Below are positions 36,399 through 48,009 of a stretch of DNA of 64,000 bases, piece after piece. The notes beneath the pieces are model-generated. The model ran no database searches. It was not told where the DNA came from and was given only the letters and a program-made list of their open reading frames with translations. Source of the DNA: Leptospiraceae bacterium. Its GTDB lineage: Bacteria > Spirochaetota > Leptospiria > Leptospirales > Leptonemataceae. Position 1 is the first letter of the stretch, and the number at the start of each line of letters is the position of its first letter. A program made the position numbers and the translations under genes. Location: NCBI GenBank assembly GCA_040217195.1, contig JAVJNR010000004.1, forward strand, positions 608,001 to 672,000, read 5' to 3'.

Positions 36399-37520
36399 TT
36401 AATTCTTAATACTTGCAAGCATCAAGTTGGATGTCCCTTTTCGATAATTATATCCGATACCAAAAGGCAGAGGTTCGGCAGACTTTCTGTAAGCGGAACG
36501 AAGGTTTGCCTGGTATCTTTTATGGAATAAAGGAATGGGCCTGGTGTAATTACCATAAAGGGTAATGTTCCATTTCTCTGCGGAAAAATAGCCATATGGA
36601 ATGCCAGAATCCGTTTGAAGCACATGCTGACTTTCTTCCAGGATTAGACCACGAATTCGATTAAAGCTGGCATAATGCATCAGATAGGAAGCGGCCTTTA
36701 GATAGGTAACAACGCCCTGCTGCCTCTTAATAAAGGAGTGCAATCGTTTGTTTTTACCGTATGCAGAATCGGAAACATCCAGAGAAAAGTAGATCACTTC
36801 CTGAGGAGCGGCATCGCTGGACTTGCGAAAGTAGAATCGAATGCCGTGGATCGGTCCGCTATAACCCGGAGAACCCGCCGGGGCCTGGACCGTAACAAGG
36901 TTGCCCTCCGCATCCAGCTCCACGTAATCCACTTTAAGTATTTCATTACCGGAGCGGGCAATAAAGGATAATATCAAAGGTGCAGCTCCCATTTGACTGC
37001 GAATCAGATCTACTTTCATATCGTTTGTGCGAAAGAATGACCATTCCAGCACTGCAAACAAAGATTTGCGAATCAGAGTAAGCATATCCGCGGTTTCTTT
37101 CTGAGTCATGGTTAGCAGATCTGGCATCACTCCTGCCGGTTCCAGACCAAAGTGAATGTAGCGATTGGCATTCGGGAAGAAGGTAAATGCATGAAGAAAG
37201 TCCGGGCCTCCAAATGGGTAGAATACCGTTTCTGCATCCTCTCTGGCTTGCTTGAGCTCTGAATCAGCCCAGCTTCGCATGGGATCCAGCCTCTGAGGCT
37301 CCAGTTCAGACCAGCGGCTTTCAAAGAACTGGCGCTGAGCCTTAAAGGCAGCAAGGTTTCGAAGAGAAGAAGGAAGAGCGTCATCCTCCACCGGAAGTCC
37401 GGAGATATATCTGGCCACAGTATCTGCAGTGATAGAAACCTCCGGTGCTGCCTTCAGGTGCGCAGTAGGAGAGCCTAATAATAGAAGAAATAATACCGGG
37501 ACTAGAATTCTTGAATGCAT
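36399..37520 (-). CDS. Conserved hypothetical secreted protein
   Basis: Signal peptide from ATG 37520; motifs FYPFGGPDF, TYLKAASYLMH, LQTDSGIP, LPFGIGY. Confidence 0.8.
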   Translation of the reverse strand: MHSRILVPVLFLLLLGSPTAHLKAAPEVSITADTVARYISGLPVEDDALPSSLRNLAAFKAQRQFFESRWSELEPQRLDPMRSWADSELKQAREDAETVFYPFGGPDFLHAFTFFPNANRYIHFGLEPAGVMPDLLTMTQKETADMLTLIRKSLFAVLEWSFFRTNDMKVDLIRSQMGAAPLILSFIARSGNEILKVDYVELDAEGNLVTVQAPAGSPGYSGPIHGIRFYFRKSSDAAPQEVIYFSLDVSDSAYGKNKRLHSFIKRQQGVVTYLKAASYLMHYASFNRIRGLILEESQHVLQTDSGIPYGYFSAEKWNITLYGNYTRPIPLFHKRYQANLRSAYRKSAEPLPFGIGYNYRKGTSNLMLASIKN

Positions 37521-37684
37521 GTAATCCTTTTCAGGACTGCGTCTGCACAGTAAACCGTTTTCGGTTGGGCTGCCAGGAAATCCCCGGGTGTACGACTCAG
37601 AGTAGGAATGGCCGGGCAGTTGCCCCATACAGCTCCATCGGGAAAATGAATGACCGGACGATCCATGATTGAGTCTCTGTAAAT

Positions 37685-38638
37685 GTGCGACTGGCTTATT
37701 TCATTCTGGGAACCATTCTGCCTCTGTCTGCATTCTTTTTGCCACTGTTCAGACCAATCCAGCCTACCGGTCAGATTGCAGTTTTTTTCATCGCATCGGT
37801 GGCTTCTGGATTGCTACCTACGATTGAATCCATACGACCCAATAGCCGCTTCAGAATCATGGATCCCTTGATACTGTGGCTCCTATATTCAACTACAGTT
37901 GTTCTAATCTTACTGGCAAACCCAGAAAACATCGCACTGAATCTTCCGGATCAGATTCGCGTAGATGCCCTGGAATATAAAAAGATTTTCTGGCAAGATG
38001 CAATCCCATTCGCACTGGGTATCCATCTATTCGTAGATCTGGTAGTATCCTTTGGGCTGGGTATTGGTATTCGTCGTCGAAGATTCATTATTCGCAAAGC
38101 AGCGGCCCATGAGAATATGGCTCAGAGACTGCAGGAGGTTCGAGAAAGGAGCGGGAAACCCACCGGTTTTTCCGAATTTTTTTATAAGAAATTAATGAGC
38201 AAGGCCATAGTATTTATGGGAGAGCGATTTGATATACTTCACTATGCAATATCGGCCTTTACTCTTTCGCAGAACAATGCGATCTATTTTTTTGATTTCC
38301 TGGATGCGCAAGAAGATCAAAGCCATTGGCCAAGGATAATTACCGCCGAACAATTTCTGCATAACCTGTGGCAGACTTCCGTTTTTCAGGGAAAGAGCCT
38401 CTACTACATTCAGCGTCCCGGGGAAATAGACTTTGCTTCCAGCATTCATGAAAATGATGAAGCGAAGCCTGTAGAAGAAGAAAAAGCAGCCGAAATCATT
38501 GCCGAGCTGAATGTTCGCTATCCATTACTGGAAACAAGTATTCCCTCCGCACGCGAAATACCGAACGCTCTGGAAAAGGATTGCAGAGTCATTGAGCTTT
38601 TTCCTTCTCCGGGAGCACGCGATCAGGGTCAACTGTAG
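37685..38638 (+). CDS. Hypothetical membrane protein
   Basis: 317 aa, four N-terminal hydrophobic segments followed by a soluble domain. Confidence 0.7.
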   Translation: MRLAYFILGTILPLSAFFLPLFRPIQPTGQIAVFFIASVASGLLPTIESIRPNSRFRIMDPLILWLLYSTTVVLILLANPENIALNLPDQIRVDALEYKKIFWQDAIPFALGIHLFVDLVVSFGLGIGIRRRRFIIRKAAAHENMAQRLQEVRERSGKPTGFSEFFYKKLMSKAIVFMGERFDILHYAISAFTLSQNNAIYFFDFLDAQEDQSHWPRIITAEQFLHNLWQTSVFQGKSLYYIQRPGEIDFASSIHENDEAKPVEEEKAAEIIAELNVRYPLLETSIPSAREIPNALEKDCRVIELFPSPGARDQGQL

Positions 38639-38647
38639 CCAGCAGAC

Positions 38648-39370
38648 CTATCTGCGAAGCCAGCCCGTAATACAATAGCGATCCGAATAACATGGCAGTA
38701 CTTCATGCTCCAGATCCGGAGCATAGAAAACAACCATCCGACCTGCCACCGGTTCTACATCCAGAAAGCATTCCTGCCACTTCAAGGAAGCTCCGTTTTC
38801 GCAAGGCAATGACTCCTCTTTAAGCCCCAAATCCATGGTGGATTTGCCGGAACTTCTGCACTGTTTATCCGTGTCCAGATGCGGCGAAGTCAGAGCCCGG
38901 GATGGATCCCAGTAAACTCTGAGCTGCCCGCCATTTTCTTTTTTCCAGTTTCTATTTAAATAGAGAATGAATGTTACGATTCGGTTGTTTCGCCCCTGAA
39001 AATTATCCACATGCCGGCGATAGTGACTGCCTGGCCGGTAAACAGAATAGAAGGCTTCCCATTCTTTGAGGCCCATGAATAGATTTCTATTCAATTGATC
39101 CTTCAGATCTGAAATTAGATTCAGGAAGATCTTTGAAGCCCGGGGCGGTTTGCCTGGATCCAGCCATATCAATTCGCTTTTCCGAATCTTTTGCTTCAGC
39201 TCTGCCGAAGAGCCCACACCTGCATCCTGGAATTCGCCGCGAAGCCGCCGTCCATCAAAGTCTTGAATGATCTTCTGGCAAGATTCATCCTCCAGCACAT
39301 TGTCCAGAATGAAAAATCCTCTGCCTTCCAGGGCAGCCAGTGAAGAAGACCAATCGGCGATGGCTGTCAC
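38648..39370 (-). CDS. 2OG-Fe(II) oxygenase (prolyl-4-hydroxylase-like)
   Basis: YRRHVDNF (HxD), GGQLR, HEVLP, RYCITGW. Confidence 0.9.
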   Translation of the reverse strand: MTAIADWSSSLAALEGRGFFILDNVLEDESCQKIIQDFDGRRLRGEFQDAGVGSSAELKQKIRKSELIWLDPGKPPRASKIFLNLISDLKDQLNRNLFMGLKEWEAFYSVYRPGSHYRRHVDNFQGRNNRIVTFILYLNRNWKKENGGQLRVYWDPSRALTSPHLDTDKQCRSSGKSTMDLGLKEESLPCENGASLKWQECFLDVEPVAGRMVVFYAPDLEHEVLPCYSDRYCITGWLRR

Positions 39371-39509
39371 AGAGCCGAAAAACGGAGGTATAAGAAGAAA
39401 AGTAAACTCAAATGCTCAATTCCTGCGAAAAAGACAATTTCTGTCAGCCGATGGCCCCCGGAATTCAGGTCATGAACGGGCATGATTCCCTGGCCGCCTG
39501 CCTGAAAAT

Positions 39510-39914
39510 CTAAGTTGCTTTTCGATTCTGATGGTGCCTTCGGTACATTTGCCGGCTGAGAAAAAACAGTCCAAAGGAGACAATAAAAATCAGCACCCAG
39601 ATCAGAAAGGCCAGATCAATCCGGGTTGGAATTCCGGGAAAGAAACTGTAAATCAAAAGTCCCAGTCCGGCCCCCAGCAAGCCTCCGGGAAGAGTATACG
39701 ACATACAATCACGGAGGGAATCTTTTCGGGCCATTCGAAAGGAAATTCCCAGTCCCAGAGTGGCTGGAATCATGATGGCTAACCCCAGGAATTGAAAAAA
39801 CAAATAAGAAGGAGGATCTATTCTTAGAAGGGAGAATAGAAAGACTACATGGATGAGCACCTGGGTTAGGGCCAGGCTACCTAAATACAGGGCTGTCCAG
39901 CTAATTGATCCCAA
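39510..39914 (-). CDS. Small 4-TM hypothetical membrane protein
   Basis: Four hydrophobic segments and a basic C-terminal tail; TTG start. Confidence 0.55.
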   Translation of the reverse strand: MGSISWTALYLGSLALTQVLIHVVFLFSLLRIDPPSYLFFQFLGLAIMIPATLGLGISFRMARKDSLRDCMSYTLPGGLLGAGLGLLIYSFFPGIPTRIDLAFLIWVLIFIVSFGLFFLSRQMYRRHHQNRKAT

Positions 39915-40013
39915 GTTCAGTCATAATGCGACAGGGACTCAAGATCGAAAGCGAAAAAGGATTTCAATTTCTACTTTTCTACAGAACATGAATCTGCAAA
40001 GTGGAGGCCTATC

Positions 40014-40445
40014 ATGAAACGCTTCATTAAGAAAATCCTGATCCCCGTAGATGGATCTGACACATCCAAGAAAGCCCTGGAGATGGGCCTGGCCATAGCC
40101 GAGGCGGCTGGTGGCAGCGTCACTGTCCTGGAAGTAATCGAAGAATTTGGCCCTCTGCCCGGTTACTACGAAGCAGCACCGGCAGGTGCCAATCGGGTGC
40201 AGTGGGTGGCTGAACAGAGGTTTGAAAAGATCCACACTCCGCTGGACAATACCAGCGTACCCTGGGAAAGAAAGGTGGAAGAAGGCTATGCAGCAGAGAC
40301 CATCTGCAAGGTAGCCGAAGAAGGAAAGTATGATCTGATCCTGATTGGTAGCCGTGGACTGGGCGTCCTGGGGCGCTTCCTACTGGGTTCTGTTTCTGAT
40401 CGTGTTGTACACCACGCTCCTTGCAGCGTAACTGTGGTTCGCTGA
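40014..40445 (+). CDS. Universal stress protein
   Basis: [20 protein letters not shown]...[29 protein letters not shown]. Confidence 0.95.
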   Translation: MKRFIKKILIPVDGSDTSKKALEMGLAIAEAAGGSVTVLEVIEEFGPLPGYYEAAPAGANRVQWVAEQRFEKIHTPLDNTSVPWERKVEEGYAAETICKVAEEGKYDLILIGSRGLGVLGRFLLGSVSDRVVHHAPCSVTVVR

Positions 40446-40489
40446 ACCAAAATCTTGCAGTCATTCGTATTCAATAGCAGGAGGAATAG

Positions 40490-41485
<996 letters not shown>

Positions 41486-41506
41486 TTTTCGAAGCCCTGT
41501 TTCTGT

Positions 41507-41540
41507 AAAAGCCCGGGGCTAGCTCCGGGCTTTTCTATTT
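41507..41540 (+). terminator. Terminator between gap and pgk
   Basis: AAAAGCCCGG-ggctagct-CCGGGCTTTT-CTATTT. Confidence 0.8.
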
Positions 41541-41679
41541 ATACATTGCAGGTTGCCCGGGCCAGATTTAGAAGCCCTGAACAGGGGCTTAGATTGGAAT
41601 AGACAGGTCTGCATATCGGGCTGTGGACTTGAAACCCAGGAAAGGCGGATTGCTAAAACCATTAGAACAAGAGGAAATC

Positions 41680-42903
41680 ATGGCAGGATTTGCAAGAAAG
41701 ACTATCGAAGACATTGACGTGAAAGGTAAACGAACCCTGGTTCGCGCCGATTTTAATGTGCCCATCAAAGAAGGCAAGGTAACCAACGACAAGAGACTGC
41801 GAGCCACACTCCCTACGCTAAAGTATCTTCTGGACCATGGCGCAAAGATTATTCTAATGAGCCACCTGGGACGTCCCAAAGGTCAGGTAAAACCAGAATA
41901 CTCCCTGCGCCCGGTGCGCGAAGCCCTGGCCTCCTTGCTCGAGCAGGAACTGGGAAAGAAATTTAACGTTCTGTTCTGCTCGGAAAGTATAGGACCGGAT
42001 GCAGAAAAAATGGCCCACAGCCTTAACGAAGGTGAAATACTACTCCTTGAAAACGTTCGATTTCATGCAGGGGAAGAAAAGAATGATCCGGAGCTGGCAA
42101 AATCCCTGGCAAAATTGGGTGAGATATATGTAAACGATGCCTTTGGAACAGCCCATCGAGCACATAGCTCCACTGCAGGGGTGGCCGACTATATTCGGCC
42201 TGCAGTATGTGGTTTGCTTCTGAGAGATGAACTGGTTTATCTGGGTGGAGCGATTACCGAGCCTGCTCGTCCATACGCTGCCATTATTGGTGGCGCGAAG
42301 ATCTCCGGTAAGATAGACGTAATTGAGAATCTACTTCCTCTAGTGGACAAGCTTCTAATTGGCGGAGCAATGATGTTTACTTTTTTCAAGGCCAAAGGGA
42401 TGGAAACGGGAAAGTCTCTGGTAGAAGCGGACAAAGTGGATCTGGCAAAGAGGCTTTTAGAAAAAGCAGGCAGCAAGATTGTGCTACCTGTGGACACTGT
42501 AATAAGTAAAGAGTTCAATCCAGATGAGATGACTGCCGGCAAGCTCGATACCATTCAAGTAAGTGATATGCCGGTAGACGGAATCGGGTTGGATATTGGT
42601 CCCAAAACGATTGAAGAATTCTCTGGCATTCTATCCGGATGCAAGACTATAATCTGGAATGGACCCATGGGAGTCTTTGAGTTGAATGCAACTGCAGTGG
42701 GCACCTTTGCAGTTGCAGGTGCTCTGGTCCGGGCCACGGAAGCAGGCGCTACAACCATAATCGGAGGCGGAGACTCGGCCGCTGCCATCGAAAAGGCAAA
42801 CCTGGAGGACAAGGTGTCCCATGTTTCCACCGGTGGAGGCGCATCCCTGGAGTTGCTGGAAGGTAAGATCCTTCCAGGAGTGGCAGCTCTGGACGAAAAG
42901 TAG
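41680..42903 (+). CDS. pgk: Phosphoglycerate kinase
   Basis: [56 protein letters not shown] before ATG 41680. Confidence 0.99.
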   Translation: MAGFARKTIEDIDVKGKRTLVRADFNVPIKEGKVTNDKRLRATLPTLKYLLDHGAKIILMSHLGRPKGQVKPEYSLRPVREALASLLEQELGKKFNVLFCSESIGPDAEKMAHSLNEGEILLLENVRFHAGEEKNDPELAKSLAKLGEIYVNDAFGTAHRAHSSTAGVADYIRPAVCGLLLRDELVYLGGAITEPARPYAAIIGGAKISGKIDVIENLLPLVDKLLIGGAMMFTFFKAKGMETGKSLVEADKVDLAKRLLEKAGSKIVLPVDTVISKEFNPDEMTAGKLDTIQVSDMPVDGIGLDIGPKTIEEFSGILSGCKTIIWNGPMGVFELNATAVGTFAVAGALVRATEAGATTIIGGGDSAAAIEKANLEDKVSHVSTGGGASLELLEGKILPGVAALDEK

Positions 42904-43013
42904 CTGGAAGGACCTGGCCTCTGGATGCCAGGACCCCGGTTCTTTGGTACATAATTGTCCGCCCCTGGTGTAGTTTGCAGGGGCTTTGTACGAAAATACC
43001 CTGCGAAAGGAAA

Positions 43014-43073
43014 TTTTGTCCAATGATGACCAGGCATGGACAAAAAGTACCAATCCATGTTGTGCTTGCACAA
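43014..43073. promoter_or_regulatory. Two inverted repeats upstream of the cyclase-carF operon
   Basis: TTTTGTCCA-N14-TGGACAAAA (43014-43045) and TTGTGC-tt-GCACAA (43060-43073). Confidence 0.4.
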
Positions 43074-43095
43074 TGCATCCAAATTCGCTTAAGTA

Positions 43096-44946
43096 ATGTG
43101 GGTGCTTCATTTGGGGTCTGTCAGACGTTACATTCCAACTGTTTTCTTCGTTTTCGCAGGGTCTCCGCTGCTTTTTGCAGAGGCCCCTGTCTGGAATTTA
43201 GAATCCCATAGATTAGTTTCCGCACCAGGCATTGTCCAGGCGGCTCCGGCCCCCCTGCATCGCACCTATCCTACCTCCACTACTACCTGGAAAGAAGTCA
43301 GTCTGCCTGGAGATCTTATCCGCCAGGGACTTGGGAGCCAGACCTCCTCGGCCTATTATCGATTTAAGGTCGGCCTGGATTCACAGCAAAATAGATACAG
43401 TATTCGAATCGGAGAGATTAGCGATCGAGACCAGGTATACTTCAATGGGCAGCCTCTTGCTTCGACGGGTGAGTGGGATGCAGAAAGTCCTCAGGCATAT
43501 GATCGAATTCGTATATATGATATTCCTGCAGGTGCTGGCCCTGGACCACATGAAATAGTAGTTCAGGTAAGGAATCTCAATAACGATGAGCTGGGGATCT
43601 ACAGAGGACAGATAATAGCCGGCCCATCGTCCATGATCTGGGAACAATACTACCTGGAAATGCTGGGTCAAATTGCCTTGCTGGCTGCCTATCTAACAAC
43701 AGCCGTCTACTTTCTATTTTTATTTGTTCGTCGTCGAGTTGAAAGAGAGTATGCCTATTTCGGTTTCTTTCTGATTTCTCTTGTAATCTATCACTTCTTT
43801 CGCACACAGTTGAAGTTCGAGTTGCCCCTGGACTTTGCAACAATGAAACGAATTCAGTATGCCTCTCTGTTTGGCATGGTGCCTTCATTCTATTTCTTTC
43901 TGGACTCTTTCTACCGACCACAGCATATTTCGTTTCGCATTTCTCGCATGGCGATGACAGCTCTATTGATCGTTCCGGTAGTCTGCATACTATTGATTCT
44001 TAATTCGCACAAAGCAACCGATTGGGAATGGGCAAATCAAAGCCTGGCACAACCGTCCTGGATCCCCCATACCATCCTTTGTTTTGCAATTCTGGTTGCC
44101 AATCTGCATAAGAGAGATGCCCGATTGATGATTCTTGGATTTCTGGCGCTTCTGATCTGCATGATTCTGGATATTCTACAATCCCAGGGATTAACCAATC
44201 TACCTACTCTAACCCCTATTGGCCTGGCCGTTTTTATCCTTGGCATTGCAGGCGTTCTGGCCAATCGATTCGTTCGTTTGAATCAGGAGCTGGCAGAAAC
44301 CAACGCTTCTATACAGAGATTCGTACCAGCCGGTTTCTTGAACCTGCTCGGTAGAAGTGATATCAGGCGAACGTTCCTGGGTGATCAAGTGGCCGTTGAC
44401 CGGATTACTGTCATGTTTACTGATATCCGCGAATTCACCTCCCTTTCGGAAACCATGAGCCCTTCGGAGAACTTTGCTTTTATCAATTCATACTACAAAC
44501 GTGTGGGTCCGGTTATTCGAGCAAACGGAGGCTTCATTGATAAATACCTGGGGGACGGATTCATGGCCCTATTTCCTGCAGGCGCAGACAGGGCGCTGGA
44601 CGCTGCTATTGAAATGCAGAAAACCTTGATAGAGTATAATAGATCCAGAACGGAAAGGAACTTCCGTCCCATCGCGGTGGGTGTGGGTATTCATTCCGGA
44701 CGTTGCATACTGGGTCTTGTGGGCGAAGAAAAACGAATGGACGGCACGGTGATATCCGATGCTGTAAACGTAGCCTCCAGGCTGGAAAAGCTTACTCAGG
44801 AACATGATTGTTTTGCAATTGTTTCAAAGGAAGCCACTGGAACACTAAAGGAAGAGAAAAAGTACAAATTAAAGGATCTTGGATCGGTTCAAGTTCGAGG
44901 GAGACAGGAATCAGTAAGTATCCTGGGACTGGAAGGTACTCTATGA
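43096..44946 (+). CDS. Membrane-bound adenylate/guanylate cyclase with extracellular beta-sandwich and 7TM (7TM-DISM-like)
   Basis: TVMFTDIREFT, GFIDKYLGDGFMALF, GVGIHSG, TVISDAVNVASRLE; extracellular IGEISDRDQVYFNG domain; seven TM helices. Confidence 0.92.
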   Translation: MWVLHLGSVRRYIPTVFFVFAGSPLLFAEAPVWNLESHRLVSAPGIVQAAPAPLHRTYPTSTTTWKEVSLPGDLIRQGLGSQTSSAYYRFKVGLDSQQNRYSIRIGEISDRDQVYFNGQPLASTGEWDAESPQAYDRIRIYDIPAGAGPGPHEIVVQVRNLNNDELGIYRGQIIAGPSSMIWEQYYLEMLGQIALLAAYLTTAVYFLFLFVRRRVEREYAYFGFFLISLVIYHFFRTQLKFELPLDFATMKRIQYASLFGMVPSFYFFLDSFYRPQHISFRISRMAMTALLIVPVVCILLILNSHKATDWEWANQSLAQPSWIPHTILCFAILVANLHKRDARLMILGFLALLICMILDILQSQGLTNLPTLTPIGLAVFILGIAGVLANRFVRLNQELAETNASIQRFVPAGFLNLLGRSDIRRTFLGDQVAVDRITVMFTDIREFTSLSETMSPSENFAFINSYYKRVGPVIRANGGFIDKYLGDGFMALFPAGADRALDAAIEMQKTLIEYNRSRTERNFRPIAVGVGIHSGRCILGLVGEEKRMDGTVISDAVNVASRLEKLTQEHDCFAIVSKEATGTLKEEKKYKLKDLGSVQVRGRQESVSILGLEGTL

Positions 44947-45650
44947 AATATCTACGAATTCTGGATGCATTTTCGATTACCAGCTATGCCGGCCTGAGCA
45001 TCTGGTTGCTGATTCGTTCTGCAGAAACGTTCCAGTCTCATCCCAATCCAGGTTTCTTCATCTATATCCCTTTGATTCTTATCCTGGCCTATCTGGCTGC
45101 AGACCTGCTTTCCGGGGTGGTGCATTTCCTGGCTGACAACTTTGGAAGTGCGAATACATTTATTCTGGGCCCTGCCCTGGTTCATCCATTTAGAGATCAT
45201 CATGTTGATCCCGAAGGAATCACCAGGCATGGATTTCTGGAAACGAACGGAAACAATTGCCTCATATGTGTTCCCATTTTGCTGGGCATGCATTATGCTT
45301 ACGATTCGCTGCGACCGGGCTGGGCCTTTATAATGGCCCTGGCAGTGAATGCTACGCTATTCTTTATTTTTCTCACCAATCAGTTCCACAAATGGGCGCA
45401 CCAGACGTTTCCTCCGGCTGCGGTGAGAACTCTTCAGCGAATGGGGCTGATTCTGAGTCCATCCCATCACTCGGTGCACCACAGGGCCCCCCATCTCAGA
45501 AACTATTGTATCACCTCCGGCTGGTTAAACCCGTTGCTCGACAGATCCGGGGTCCTCACAGCCATTCTGAGGATTTCTGGCAAATTGAGCGAATCCACAG
45601 AAAATCAGCTTGAGCAAACAGAGGACTCCAGGCGCAGATTCAACGCCTGA
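44943..45650 (+). CDS. carF: CarF/TMEM189 (PEDS1)-family lipid desaturase
   Basis: ADLLSGVVHFLADNFG, FRDHHVDPEGITRHGFLETNGNN, TNQFHKWAH, HHSVHH, NYCITSGWLN; ATGA overlap with the cyclase stop. Confidence 0.9.
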   Translation: MKYLRILDAFSITSYAGLSIWLLIRSAETFQSHPNPGFFIYIPLILILAYLAADLLSGVVHFLADNFGSANTFILGPALVHPFRDHHVDPEGITRHGFLETNGNNCLICVPILLGMHYAYDSLRPGWAFIMALAVNATLFFIFLTNQFHKWAHQTFPPAAVRTLQRMGLILSPSHHSVHHRAPHLRNYCITSGWLNPLLDRSGVLTAILRISGKLSESTENQLEQTEDSRRRFNA

Positions 45651-45760
45651 TGCGGGCACTGTGAAGCCCATTTTGAGCTCAGAATCTTGCTCGCCCATTT
45701 TTCTCCGGGTCGGATTTATTTAGTTGCAATATTAAAACTAAGCAGTAGCCTCCCACCCCG

Positions 45761-46393
45761 ATGGGGTTACTCCAAAAGGATCTACCGGTTTCCTTGATGC
45801 CGGAAAAGGATAACCCCGAGGGGAATCGATTTCAGGGAAAACTTCATGGGGTAAATGCAAAGTTTATCCTGATCGCCACCGAAGAACAGTCCGGAATTAC
45901 AGAAGGACACCCGGTTACAGTGGAGTTCTGGATTGATCGGTCCGCCTACAGGTTTGAATCAAAAATAGCTCGAATCCTTCCTTCCGGAATTGTGGCTGTA
46001 CAGAAGCCAAAGGTCATCCATAAGTCCAGGATTCGAGAAGGGAATCGAGTCTTTCTGGATATGAAGATCCACTTTACTCCCTGGTCCGATAGCGGCCGAT
46101 TTGAAGCTCAGCTACTGGACATAAGCGAAACAGGCGTTCGAATGGTGGGCCGTAAACAGCTTCAAAAAGATGCATTGATCAGCCTGGACTTTTATGTAAA
46201 GGAAGCCAGAGCCAGGATAATTTCTCAGGGGATGGTGATCTGGTCTCAGCCCACCGAGGAAAATGATTACCTATTTGAAAGCGGAGTCCAGTTTACCACC
46301 CTGTCCAATGAGAATCGCAAGAAGCTCGGACGATATTTAAAACAGCTACCAACCACAGAAGGCGAAACGGAGCAATCTGCCTTTTCCGGATAA
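45761..46393 (+). CDS. PilZ-domain protein (YcgR-like flagellar brake)
   Basis: IREGNRV (RxxxR) and DISETG (DxSxxG) c-di-GMP motifs; N-terminal YcgR-like domain. Confidence 0.85.
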   Translation: MGLLQKDLPVSLMPEKDNPEGNRFQGKLHGVNAKFILIATEEQSGITEGHPVTVEFWIDRSAYRFESKIARILPSGIVAVQKPKVIHKSRIREGNRVFLDMKIHFTPWSDSGRFEAQLLDISETGVRMVGRKQLQKDALISLDFYVKEARARIISQGMVIWSQPTEENDYLFESGVQFTTLSNENRKKLGRYLKQLPTTEGETEQSAFSG

Positions 46394-46440
46394 TCAATGA
46401 TTTTGTTTACAGCAGTAAGGCATTGCATCTCCCTGTTGGC

Positions 46441-47016
46441 ATGAAGAGATTCAAAATTATTGCTGGTATTGTTGCCTCCATGATGTTCGCAACGCAATGT
46501 GCATACCTGCCCGTATTGAACGGCGGTAGCGAATCCGGGGAAACCACCTCACCTTCCGAATCCGCCACACGCACAGCTCTATTCCTTGCAGAGGCTAGAC
46601 TGAAAGGGCATTCGATTGCAATTCTAGGCGAAGAAAGTGCGGATGGAGTGCGTAGATTTTCCGTTCTGAATATATCCGGTAAAACCATTAATAAAGCCAC
46701 GATTAGCTTCTTTGCTCTGGACGAGTCTGGAAATAAGATCTTTAACGATAAGTCTGCCGGGAAAGATGCCCTGGAAGAAAACCTGGTTATTTCCGAACTG
46801 GAAGGGGATATCAAACCGGGTGCCTGGGGCGATGTTGAAATCCAGGAAAGTGAACTGCCCAACTGGGAATCCACCAGGTTCAGGAGTTATGAAATTACAT
46901 TTACCGATGGTAAAAGTGCTCGTTCCAGCGCACCGGCCTCGGAGTATGTACTGGGTGGCGTGGATGCGGCCGAGGCCAGCCGGGCCCTTCGCATGTATGA
47001 TGAGCGTAACAAATAG
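46441..47016 (+). CDS. Hypothetical lipoprotein
   Basis: MKRFKIIAGIVASMMFATQC lipoprotein-type signal. Confidence 0.7.
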   Translation: MKRFKIIAGIVASMMFATQCAYLPVLNGGSESGETTSPSESATRTALFLAEARLKGHSIAILGEESADGVRRFSVLNISGKTINKATISFFALDESGNKIFNDKSAGKDALEENLVISELEGDIKPGAWGDVEIQESELPNWESTRFRSYEITFTDGKSARSSAPASEYVLGGVDAAEASRALRMYDERNK

Positions 47017-47073
47017 GTTGTTCAAACCAGGCTTCGGGTCATGCTGAATCGACCCGAAGCAAATCTATAAAAG

Positions 47074-47922
47074 ATGAAAGAAGAGTCCCACCAGGTCAGC
47101 TGGAGAAGCAAGCTTTATGAGATTATATTTCTCTCGGATACACCTTCCGGCAAAGCTTTCGATCTAATCCTTATCGGAATCATATTGCTCAGCATTTTTG
47201 TGGTGAGCATTGAGAGTGTAACCGGCTTATCTCCAGACATCTACAGAACTACACGAATCGTGGAATGGGTACTGACCGGTGTATTCACGGTTGAATATCT
47301 GGCTCGCATTCTTTCCCTTCGCAATCCCCGGCACTATATCCTTAGCTTTTTTGGAATAGTAGACCTTCTCGCTCTATTACCTACTTACCTGGCTCTAGTA
47401 TTTGTGGGATCGCAGTACTTGATTGTTATTCGAGGATTACGCCTTCTTCGAATCTTTCGAGTATTGAAGCTGTTTCGCTTCATGGGAGAAGCGAATCTAC
47501 TGTACAATGCTATGCGATCTTCCATGCCCAAGATTATAGTATTCTTAATTACCATAATCAACGCTGCCATTATTTCGGGTACAATCCTGTATCTGGTAGA
47601 AGGGGAAGCCTCCGGTTTCACAAGCATTCCCAGAAGCATTTACTGGGCCATTGTAACCATGACCACTGTGGGCTACGGAGATATTTCTCCCGCCACTCCC
47701 CTGGGTCAGACCATAGCCAGTGTCATTATGATCATGGGTTATGCAATTCTGGCTGTTCCGACGGGCATTGTTTCTGTGGAATTGGCCCAGGCTCAGAATG
47801 CAGGCAGGCTGGCCATTCGCTGCCCGGCCTGCGCACGAGATGGGCACGATTCGGATGCAGAATACTGCAAACATTGTGGTCATGGACTGGAACAGTACAA
47901 AGAGCAGTCACAGAAACCCTGA
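47074..47922 (+). CDS. Voltage-gated potassium channel (6TM ion transporter)
   Basis: S4 IRGLRLLRIFRVLKLFR, selectivity filter TTVGYGD, C-terminal CxxC...CxxC. Confidence 0.95.
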   Translation: MKEESHQVSWRSKLYEIIFLSDTPSGKAFDLILIGIILLSIFVVSIESVTGLSPDIYRTTRIVEWVLTGVFTVEYLARILSLRNPRHYILSFFGIVDLLALLPTYLALVFVGSQYLIVIRGLRLLRIFRVLKLFRFMGEANLLYNAMRSSMPKIIVFLITIINAAIISGTILYLVEGEASGFTSIPRSIYWAIVTMTTVGYGDISPATPLGQTIASVIMIMGYAILAVPTGIVSVELAQAQNAGRLAIRCPACARDGHDSDAEYCKHCGHGLEQYKEQSQKP

Positions 47923-48009
47923 GACCCCCTTTATTGGCATTGCTCCCGGTGAAAATCTATCTCATTGAATTGCTCTATTCCATACAGGGCGGCCGGGTCC
48001 GAATTGTAC

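Noticed and set aside
44808..44942. Upstream extension of the carF ORF
   Set aside because: Lies inside the cyclase gene; the ATGA-coupled start at 44943 is more plausible.
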